Positions 1 through 7,168 of a stretch of DNA of 15,254 nt are shown piece after piece (within the stretch, counting starts at the first letter, position 1; every line of letters begins with the position of its first letter). The position numbers and the translations under genes are program-made. The notes beneath the pieces were generated by a model, which had not been told where the DNA came from, did no database searches, and saw nothing but the letters and a program-made list of their open reading frames with translations. The stretch comes from a candidate division WOR-3 bacterium (lineage in GTDB: Bacteria > Hydrothermota > Hydrothermia > B15-G9 > WFZT01), in assembly GCA_027053075.1 (NCBI GenBank), contig JALUEE010000043.1, positions 1-15,254 of the forward strand, written 5' to 3'.

Positions 1-36
1 TAAAAATGGTATTTTTAGAACAGTCTTCGAAGATGT

Positions 37-65
37 TTGAATATGGGCACTGTTAAGTGTATAAT
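37..65 (+). promoter_or_regulatory. Sigma70-type promoter for the defence operon (-35 TTGAAT 37-42, 17-bp spacer, -10 TATAAT 60-65)
   Basis: Near-consensus hexamers with ideal 17-nt spacing, about 30 nt upstream of ATG 98. SD-like GAGGT at 85-89. Confidence 0.8.
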
Positions 66-73
66 ACACTTAA
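53..73. promoter_or_regulatory. Palindromic operator-like site TTAAGTGTAT-A-ATACACTTAA overlapping the -10 box
   Basis: Perfect 10-bp inverted repeat (53-62 / 64-73) with a 1-nt centre, read directly from the sequence. Confidence 0.7.
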
Positions 74-97
74 ATTTTAGGAGCGAGGTACTTAACA

Positions 98-691
98 ATG
101 ATTATTCCTGAACAGATGGATGAAATCTTTTCGGCTCTGGAGCGTCACATTCGGGAGGAAGGAGGGTCAAAGGTCTCGCTTGTGATCATCGGTGGAACGG
201 CGCTGGCTGTTCTCGGCCGCTTTGTCCGACAGGCCACCAAGGATGTGGATGTGTTAGGGGAAGCCGTCGAGCAACAAGACATTGTGGAAATTCGCAAACT
301 TTCGCAATTTCCGCCATTTCTTGAACGCGCTATCAGAAAGGTCGCGAGAGACTTTAATCTTCCCGAAAACTGGATGAATCTGGGGCCTGCTTCGCAACTG
401 GATCTGGGGCTCCCTAAGGGGTTTCACAAAAGGCTAATTCGCAAAGTCTATGGCTCACATCTTACACTCTATTTTGCAGACCGTGAAGATTTGGTTTGTC
501 TGAAACTTTTTGCTGCTGTGGATAGAGACGATTACCATGTTCAGGATCTCTTTGCGCTTGAACCTACGAAGGAAGAGCTGCTTCGCGCTGCCAGATGGGT
601 TCTGACGCAGGATGTATCTCCGGGGTTTCGTTCACTACTTGAAAACTTTTTGAGGCGTCACGGCTATGGAGACATTCTTGAGAACCTTTAA
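98..691 (+). CDS. DUF6036-like nucleotidyltransferase (Pol-beta superfamily; AbiEii/MenT-like putative toxin)
   Basis: 197 aa. N-terminal 'VIIGGTALAV...RQATKDVDV' (GG...TxDxD NTase signature), 'FNLPENWMN', and C-terminal 'DLVCLKLFAAVDR..HVQDL'. SD upstream. Confidence 0.8.
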   Translation: MIIPEQMDEIFSALERHIREEGGSKVSLVIIGGTALAVLGRFVRQATKDVDVLGEAVEQQDIVEIRKLSQFPPFLERAIRKVARDFNLPENWMNLGPASQLDLGLPKGFHKRLIRKVYGSHLTLYFADREDLVCLKLFAAVDRDDYHVQDLFALEPTKEELLRAARWVLTQDVSPGFRSLLENFLRRHGYGDILENL

Positions 692-2006
692 AGCGCAGTT
701 ATCCAAAGCGTTAACATTACTTCTTTGGAAGCAATGGGAGAAATTAGGGATTGCCGTCTGGACCTACGAAAATATTCCCTGGAGGTGGTTAATTGACCTT
801 GAAGCTCTTGTTTTTGCGACGAGTCTTTTGAAGGAGGAGGATCGACGCTTGTTCCATGTGATGCGTGAATGGGTCAGGGTTCACCCGCGTTATCTCCATC
901 CCGCACGGCTCAGAAGGATTTGGAAGCAATACGCATTCCTTGCAAATGAGATAAAAATCCCTGTCCCAGCTCAGATAGAAATTCCGGAGAGGCAACCACT
1001 TGGACACGGGCAAAGAGCCCGGAAAATCCTTTCCATACCGGACTGGGATGACCCGACCCTGCTCTGGCTGAAACTCCGTGCCTTCCTTGGTGCTGGCGTG
1101 CGTTCGGATACGACGGTTTATTTCCTTTACCACGACATTGGAACCACTTTTTCAATCGCCAGGGAGATGTTTATAGACCAGAAAAGTGTTCACGATGTGC
1201 TCAGGATATGGGAATCGGTGGGTTGGATCCGACGGTTCGGACAGCGAAGAGGGTATGCGATTTCGGTCTCGTTCCGAGATCGGTTTCTATCCCTGCTGGG
1301 ACTCACGGAACTGCCCCCATGGTTCAATGCGGGAAGGGTTTTTATCGGGATGCTTTTGGCGTTGGGTGCGTTGCAGAGATTTGCAGAACATCAAGATGCC
1401 TATCTTTTATCTTCTCACCTTCGCGATGTGTTCCCACTGCTTCAGGAAATCTGGGAGCTTATGGGCGTATCCTTCCCTAACCCGGCATCCTATCCGGGGA
1501 AAGCATTTGCCCCGATATTCTTGCAATCCTTGCTGGAGACCTGCCAGCAATTGGGACAATTCGGTGGGCCTCAGCAAGCAAAACCGTCAGTGATGGATGC
1601 CCCCCACAAGGTTTCTAAAGCAGGAGGTGAGCGCATGAGTTTTACGGAACACGAGATGTATGAGTCAGCTTATCGTGCACTGCGACGGCGTTACCCAGCC
1701 AGCAAGGGATGGAAGATTATCCCTCAGTTTGAGGGCAACGGATACCGTCCGGACTTTGTGGTGGAACGCAGAGATTGGCAGGGAACAATTCATCGCGTGA
1801 TCGCTGAGGTAAAAGCAGCCTGCGAGATAGCCCGGAATCACATTGAGCAACTGAACCTCTACGCACGCAATTTAGCAGGTCCCAATGTCCAGATCGACGC
1901 CAAAATCCTTATTGTTCCTTCGGGTGCCATGTCTGTGGTCAAACTTCCAGAGGACCTGGAGATCATATACTTGAGGAGTTTTCTCTGTCCGGAGGAACGG
2001 AAATGA
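666..2006 (+). CDS. Putative NTase-partner protein with winged-helix-like segment, fused to a C-terminal PD-(D/E)XK nuclease domain
   Basis: 446 aa, overlaps the NTase gene by 26 nt. HTH-like 'TTFSIAREMFIDQKSVHDVLRIWESVGWIRR'. C-terminal 123 aa has 'RPDFVV...AEVK...HIEQLNLY'. Confidence 0.65.
   Translation: METFLRTFKAQLSKALTLLLWKQWEKLGIAVWTYENIPWRWLIDLEALVFATSLLKEEDRRLFHVMREWVRVHPRYLHPARLRRIWKQYAFLANEIKIPVPAQIEIPERQPLGHGQRARKILSIPDWDDPTLLWLKLRAFLGAGVRSDTTVYFLYHDIGTTFSIAREMFIDQKSVHDVLRIWESVGWIRRFGQRRGYAISVSFRDRFLSLLGLTELPPWFNAGRVFIGMLLALGALQRFAEHQDAYLLSSHLRDVFPLLQEIWELMGVSFPNPASYPGKAFAPIFLQSLLETCQQLGQFGGPQQAKPSVMDAPHKVSKAGGERMSFTEHEMYESAYRALRRRYPASKGWKIIPQFEGNGYRPDFVVERRDWQGTIHRVIAEVKAACEIARNHIEQLNLYARNLAGPNVQIDAKILIVPSGAMSVVKLPEDLEIIYLRSFLCPEERK
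1635..2006 (+). CDS. Internally initiated stand-alone PD-(D/E)XK endonuclease (NucS/Mrr-cat-like), 123 aa, in frame with 666..2006
   Basis: Strong SD AGGAGGTGA at 1622-1630 and in-frame ATG at 1635. Motifs E (TEHEM), PD, EVK and QLxxY all lie downstream of this start. Confidence 0.6.
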   Translation: MSFTEHEMYESAYRALRRRYPASKGWKIIPQFEGNGYRPDFVVERRDWQGTIHRVIAEVKAACEIARNHIEQLNLYARNLAGPNVQIDAKILIVPSGAMSVVKLPEDLEIIYLRSFLCPEERK

Positions 2007-2122
2007 TCCAGCTTGGTTATGAGCAAGCACAAAAGTTTGAAAGCAATATCTTATTTGCTCAAAGTGCTGCCTTAAGGAGAGATATTATCTATAATTCACG
2101 GCTTGAAGAAGGTGTGTCCAAT

Positions 2123-2203
2123 TCCCTTCTGGAGTCTGGCCTGCTCCGTCGAACCATTCCCGACAAACCCCGGAGCAGGTTTCAAAAATATGTGAGGAGG
2201 TGA
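2123..2203 (+). pseudogene. Remnant of a Fic-like C-terminal winged-helix tail
   Basis: The end of ORF 2003..2203 reads 'LLESGLLRRTIPDKPRSRFQKY', matching the 'LLExGLLxxTIPDKPxSxxQKY' terminus of Fic-like/AlbA-HATPase proteins. The upstream part of the ORF is not recognisable. Confidence 0.55.
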
Positions 2204-2208
2204 TTGCT

Positions 2209-3252
2209 TTGGATCACAAAAAGTTCTTGACAGAATTTTTACAAGAAATTGATGAAAATGGGAAATTACGCCATAGAGAAGGTAAGAGAATAGAATTTAA
2301 GCAGAAATTTCACATAAATATGTTTCCTAAATATTCGAGAACTATGGCTGCCTTTGCTAACGCTGACGGAGGTTATATTATTTTTGGTGTTTCTAATAGA
2401 CCTCGTAAGCCTCTGGGTTTAAACGAAAAGGCTTTAGACAATTTCCAGAATTTTGATGATGCAAAACTTGCTACTTATTTAAATGAGCACTTTTCGCCAG
2501 AATTCCACTGGGAAATGGGAACTGTAAATTGCATGGGAAAGACTTTTGGTTACCTTTTCACAGAGAAGGCGGAAAATCGCCCTGTAATTTGTAAACGGGG
2601 GACAAATGACGGGACTCTGAGAGAGGGAGCTATATATTATCGTTACAGAGCACAAACAAGAGAAATTAGGTTTGAGGAACTTCAAGGAATCATCCAAGAA
2701 AAAATTTTAAAAGAACAAAAAAGGTGGTTCAGAATTATCGAAAAGATCGCAAAAGTGGGACCGGAAAATGTCGGTATTCTGGATATGAGAGGACATGGAT
2801 TATCTTTCCTCGGAGACAAGGAAGAAAAAACTATCCTTGTCGATGCAGATACCATCTCCCAGTTAAAAGAACAAGTGGTCATGGTGGAAGAAGGTCATTT
2901 TAAAGAAACAGAAGGTGAACCAGCACTTAAACTTGTTGGAGAAGTGCGGCCAGTGGCAATAGATCCAAATAAAACACATCCTTATGATCACAGCAAGATT
3001 GCAAATGAAATTTCTGAACAATTGGGTCTTAAACTTAAGCGATATGATGTCCAGGCCTTGGTATGGAAACTGAAACTTTATTCAAACAAAAAATATTATT
3101 TGAAAGTTCGCAATCAAACTATACTTTCAGAATATGCGAAATTGAAAATCATCGAGCACCTACAAGCAATTTTGCAAAATAATCCTAATCTCAGCGAATA
3201 TTTGGCGGATTTAAGGAGGGAATATTTCAGATGGACAAGAACAAAAAAATAA
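2209..3252 (+). CDS. Schlafen/AlbA_2 domain protein with uncharacterised C-terminal region (ORF track starts at GTG 2200; TTG 2209 is better placed)
   Basis: 'REGKRIEFKQ', 'MAAFANADGGYIIFGV' and 'GAIYYRYRAQTR' are AlbA_2 motifs. SD AGGAGGTGA at 2195-2203 lies 5 nt before in-frame TTG 2209. Confidence 0.8.
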   Translation: MDHKKFLTEFLQEIDENGKLRHREGKRIEFKQKFHINMFPKYSRTMAAFANADGGYIIFGVSNRPRKPLGLNEKALDNFQNFDDAKLATYLNEHFSPEFHWEMGTVNCMGKTFGYLFTEKAENRPVICKRGTNDGTLREGAIYYRYRAQTREIRFEELQGIIQEKILKEQKRWFRIIEKIAKVGPENVGILDMRGHGLSFLGDKEEKTILVDADTISQLKEQVVMVEEGHFKETEGEPALKLVGEVRPVAIDPNKTHPYDHSKIANEISEQLGLKLKRYDVQALVWKLKLYSNKKYYLKVRNQTILSEYAKLKIIEHLQAILQNNPNLSEYLADLRREYFRWTRTKK

Positions 3253-4448
3253 AGAAAAAACTATCCGTCATGCCAATCCCTGAAGATTGGGATGTGGTGA
3301 AATTAGGGGAGGTAGTTGAAATTTATGACCATAAACGAATTCCTTTAAGCGAGATGGAGAGGAGTAAAAGAAAGGGCAATTACCCTTATTGTGGAGCAAA
3401 TGGGGTTATTGACTTCATTGATGACTACATTTTTGATGGTGAGTATGTGTTACTGGCTGAGGATGGTGGAGATTATGTAAGATTTGGCAGATCTGCCTAC
3501 ATAATGTCCGGGAAGTTTTGGGTCAACAATCACGCTCATGTTTTAAAGGCATTAGAAAGTAAGCTGAATAACTGGTTTTTGATGTATTTACTCAATTTTT
3601 TAGATCTCAGTCCCTACATTGTTGGATCCACAAGAACTAAATTAAATCAAGACCAAATGAGAAACATAAAACTCCCCATCCCCCCTCTCCCGGAGCAAAA
3701 GCGGATTGCCGAGGTGTTGAGGACGATAGATGAGGCGATTGAGAAAGTGGAACAGGAGATTGAACACACGGAACGGCTGAAAAAAGGACTGATGCAGCAT
3801 CTTTTGACCCGTGGCATCGGCCATACCCGGTTCAAAGACTCCATCCTCGGCAAAATCCCTGAAAGTTGGGAGGTGGTGAGATTGGGAGATTGTACAACCC
3901 CAATAGATCAAATGAATCCTTCCAATAGGGATTGGTTTTGGTATATTGATATTTCGTCAATAGACAACGATGCCCATAAGATCGTCAGTCCACAGATGAT
4001 TTCAGGAAAATCTGCACCGTCTCGAGCCAGAAAGTTAGTATGTGCTGGAGATGTAATTTTTTCGACAACAAGGCCGTATTTAAAAAACATTGCGATAGTT
4101 CCCACGGAGCTTGATGGTCAGATTTGCTCTACAGGATTTTGTGTTTTGCGTGCGAAAAGAGGGAAGGTTTTACCAGAATGGATTTATTACATTGTCGTCA
4201 CGGATCGTTTTATTAGAAGAATTGAATCGAAGATGCGCGGCGCGACATATCCCGCCGTCAGCGATAAGGATGTCTATTCTGAGAAAATCCCCCTCCCCCC
4301 TCTTCCAGAACAAAAGAAAATTGCGGAGATTTTGATGACGGTGGATAGGAAAATTGAGCTTCTCAAAAATAAAAAAGAGCACCTTGAACGCCTCAAAAAA
4401 GGCTTAATGAACGACCTTTTGACAGGTAGAAGGAGGGTAAAATTATGA
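3231..4448 (+). CDS. hsdS: Type I restriction-modification specificity subunit S (two TRDs)
   Basis: Duplicated conserved blocks 'IPEDWDVVKLGE / IPESWEVVRLGD', 'PIPPLPEQKRIAEVL / PLPPLPEQKKIAEIL' and 'LKKGLMQHLLT / LKKGLMNDLLTG' flank two variable TRDs. SD AAGGAGG at 3213-3219. Confidence 0.96.
   Translation: MDKNKKIKKKLSVMPIPEDWDVVKLGEVVEIYDHKRIPLSEMERSKRKGNYPYCGANGVIDFIDDYIFDGEYVLLAEDGGDYVRFGRSAYIMSGKFWVNNHAHVLKALESKLNNWFLMYLLNFLDLSPYIVGSTRTKLNQDQMRNIKLPIPPLPEQKRIAEVLRTIDEAIEKVEQEIEHTERLKKGLMQHLLTRGIGHTRFKDSILGKIPESWEVVRLGDCTTPIDQMNPSNRDWFWYIDISSIDNDAHKIVSPQMISGKSAPSRARKLVCAGDVIFSTTRPYLKNIAIVPTELDGQICSTGFCVLRAKRGKVLPEWIYYIVVTDRFIRRIESKMRGATYPAVSDKDVYSEKIPLPPLPEQKKIAEILMTVDRKIELLKNKKEHLERLKKGLMNDLLTGRRRVKL
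3276..3310 (+). repeat. hsdS conserved direct repeat, copy 1 (copy 2 starts at 3855); a second repeat pair starts near 3669 and 4284
   Basis: atccctgaagattgggatgtggtgaaattagggga vs atccctgaaagttgggaggtggtgagattgggaga; aaactccccatcccccctctcccggagcaaaag vs aaaatccccctcccccctcttccagaacaaaag. Confidence 0.75.
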
Positions 4449-7168
4449 GTAATTTGATATTTGATAATGGGGCAAATTGGGTTCGCGTGGACCTGCATCT
4501 CCACACCCCTGGAGTTAGAACTTTCCAACTTCCTTCAGGGGTGAATATTGAGGACGAGCAAATAATCCGTGAACTTTCTGAACTATTTGTCAAAAGATTG
4601 GTTGAAGCGGATATAAAAATAGGTGCAATTACGGATTACAACGGGATTCGGCAAAAGTGGTTCAAAACTATAAGAGAAATAGCAGAATCCAAAAACATAT
4701 ACATTTTTCCAGGAGTAGAACTGTCGATCAAGAATTTTGGAAAAGGACTGCACTTGTTAATTATCTTTGAATATGATCGTGAACCTGAAAAAATAAATAA
4801 GTTTATCCACAGCCTCGACCGTAATCCCCAGAATGATTTATTTGAAGGAAGAGACTTTAGAGATATTGATTCACAGGAAACTTTAAAAGATCTTATTAAG
4901 AAAACAAGGGAAAGATTTAATTGCCTTATTATCTTTCCTCATCCTTCGGACGATAACGGTTTAATGAAAGCATATAGACCACAAGAAGCTGCAGAATATT
5001 TGGAGAACCTACGACCTGACGCCATTGAATTTATAAGAAGGGATGACATACAAAGATTGATTTCCACAGGCAGCATCAAAAAAGAATTTTTTGAACAAAA
5101 AGCGATCATTGAAGGAAGTGATCCGCATAATTTTGACGAAATTGGATATAAAACTCGGAATGGAAGAATAAGAGCTACTTATTTAAAACTCTCTTCGGTT
5201 TCTATTGATGCTTTGAAAATTGCACTACATGATCCAGAGGTCCGTCTTAGATTATATGAAGCCCTCTATTCCCAACATACATTTATCGAAAAAATTACTG
5301 TCAATGGAAGCACTTTTTTAAAAGAAGTTAACGCCACTTTTAACCCCGGATGTAACACCTTAATTGGCGGACGAGGTGTTGGCAAATCTGCCATAATAGA
5401 AACCCTCCGGTATGTGTTAGATTTACCAATTTATGCAGAGAAATCCACGAGAACGGATTTTGTGGAATCAGTAATTGGGAGTGGAGGAATGGTGGAGGTT
5501 AAAATCCGAAAATTTTATGGAAATTCTTCCCAAATTTACACAATTAGAAGGATTGTGGGGGATTTCCCTGAAGTTTTTGATGAACATGGGAATCTCCTTG
5601 AGTTAAAGTCACCCCTTGAAATTTTTGATGTTGAAAATCAGCCTATTCTTATTGGTCAAAAGGAACTTTATTTTTTAGCAAACAATCGAAGATTTTTATT
5701 ACACCTTGTCGATCAGTTAATTGGCCCTCATGTGCAAGAAAAAATTTCCGAATTCGACAGAAAAAGGAAAGCTTTAAAAGAGAATGTCCAAAATCTGCTG
5801 CAGTTTCATAGAAAGTTGAAAGAAAAAGAAGAAATCGAACAGGAGTTGAAAAACATAGAGGCTAAAATAAAGATTTTTGAAGACCTTAAAGTCGTTGAGA
5901 AATCAAGAAGATACACAAACCTTATGGAAGATGAATCCACACTTTTGAATGCCTTAGAAACTGTTATACACTCTCGAGAGATCTTAGTCGAATCCATTGA
6001 AGAGGTTATAAGTGAGTTGGAATCCCAACATTCTCAACTTCTGAAAGGTAAAAGCGAGCTTGCTGATATCTTGAAAAATTCGGGGAAGACCATTGAACAA
6101 ATTGTTGCCTATCTTAAAAAGTTATCCATTCAATTGGCGTCGATATTTGAACAATCCAAGGATGAGATTGAGAAAAACATAGAAGAATTCAAAGAAAAGA
6201 AGAGGCCCATCGAAGAGGAGTATTTGTCAGTGAAGAAGAAGCTTGCAGAGGAGGGATATAAGCCCGAAGAGCTCGAAAAAATAATCAGGAAGCGTCAGGA
6301 CTTGGAAAGAAAGTTGAAAAAGTTAGAAAGTCTTGAAGAGGAGTATAAGAAACTAATGAGGGAAAGAGAAACTAACTTGATAAAACTAAGAAACTTAAGG
6401 CATGAAATCTTTATTGTTCGCCAGAAAGAAGTTGAAAAGATCAAGGAGCTTACCAACCAGAAGCTCAGAATTTCCGTGGAGTTCGAGACTCAGAAAGATT
6501 TGTTCTTGAAGGAATTGATAAAACTTTTTAAAGGTTCCGGGGTTTCAAAATCGGTCATTGAGAATATGGTTGGAGACCCGCAGAAGCGAATTGACGGATG
6601 GACCATTGCAAGGGCTGTGAAAGAGGCTGAAAACAATCTTTCGGTTCTCATTGAACAATTTAACCTTACAGAAACGATGGCCAAAAGAATTCTGGATTGG
6701 TTTAAAAATTATCCTGAAAGACTTTACGACATTGAAACACTATTCCCCGAGGACAAGATCATCATAGAGCTCAATCTCGATGGTCATTTTAAGGACATAA
6801 TGGAGCTATCTGCCGGACAAAAGGCAACTGCGCTATTACTGCTCTTATTTGCCCAACAAAACAAGATCCTTATTCTCGATCAACCTGAAGAGGACCTTGA
6901 CAACAGGTTTGTTTATGAGGATGTTGTAAAATTTATTAGACAGCAAAAAGAAACAAGGCAGTTCATTATTGCCACGCATAACGCCAACATTCCTGTGCTG
7001 GGCGATTCTGAACTTGTCCTCGTTCTTAATGCAGAGAAGGATCAATGCCATATTTCTAACCGGGGATCTATTGATTACGCTCCCATAAGAAAAGATATTA
7101 AAGAGATTATGGAAGGTGGAGAGGAAGCATTTCAGAGAAGAGCAGAAAAATATGGAGGTGAACTATGA
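4445..7168 (+). CDS. PHP-phosphoesterase + SMC/ABC-type ATPase fusion (TrlF family / Ppl-like anti-phage protein)
   Basis: PHP motifs DLHLHTP, ITDYN, FPGVE, FPHP, GSDPH. Walker A GGRGVGKS, long K/E-rich coiled coil, signature LSAGQK, Walker B/D-loop LILDQPEEDLDN, H-loop IATHNAN. ATGA overlap with hsdS. Confidence 0.9.
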   Translation: MSNLIFDNGANWVRVDLHLHTPGVRTFQLPSGVNIEDEQIIRELSELFVKRLVEADIKIGAITDYNGIRQKWFKTIREIAESKNIYIFPGVELSIKNFGKGLHLLIIFEYDREPEKINKFIHSLDRNPQNDLFEGRDFRDIDSQETLKDLIKKTRERFNCLIIFPHPSDDNGLMKAYRPQEAAEYLENLRPDAIEFIRRDDIQRLISTGSIKKEFFEQKAIIEGSDPHNFDEIGYKTRNGRIRATYLKLSSVSIDALKIALHDPEVRLRLYEALYSQHTFIEKITVNGSTFLKEVNATFNPGCNTLIGGRGVGKSAIIETLRYVLDLPIYAEKSTRTDFVESVIGSGGMVEVKIRKFYGNSSQIYTIRRIVGDFPEVFDEHGNLLELKSPLEIFDVENQPILIGQKELYFLANNRRFLLHLVDQLIGPHVQEKISEFDRKRKALKENVQNLLQFHRKLKEKEEIEQELKNIEAKIKIFEDLKVVEKSRRYTNLMEDESTLLNALETVIHSREILVESIEEVISELESQHSQLLKGKSELADILKNSGKTIEQIVAYLKKLSIQLASIFEQSKDEIEKNIEEFKEKKRPIEEEYLSVKKKLAEEGYKPEELEKIIRKRQDLERKLKKLESLEEEYKKLMRERETNLIKLRNLRHEIFIVRQKEVEKIKELTNQKLRISVEFETQKDLFLKELIKLFKGSGVSKSVIENMVGDPQKRIDGWTIARAVKEAENNLSVLIEQFNLTETMAKRILDWFKNYPERLYDIETLFPEDKIIIELNLDGHFKDIMELSAGQKATALLLLLFAQQNKILILDQPEEDLDNRFVYEDVVKFIRQQKETRQFIIATHNANIPVLGDSELVLVLNAEKDQCHISNRGSIDYAPIRKDIKEIMEGGEEAFQRRAEKYGGEL

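Noticed and set aside
789..1593. Alternative-frame and antisense ORFs (81-135 aa) within gene 666..2006, and similar short ORFs inside the other large genes
   Set aside because: Fully nested in well-supported CDSs, with no recognisable motifs or evident RBS.
3243..3260. A7 and A6 tracts at the hsdS 5' end as a phase-variation switch
   Set aside because: Too short and common in this AT-rich region; an alternative ATG at 3270 would bypass them.
4445..7168. Housekeeping SMC/RecN/SbcC
   Set aside because: N-terminal PHP fusion, DQPE Walker B variant and defence context fit the TrlF/Ppl-like family.
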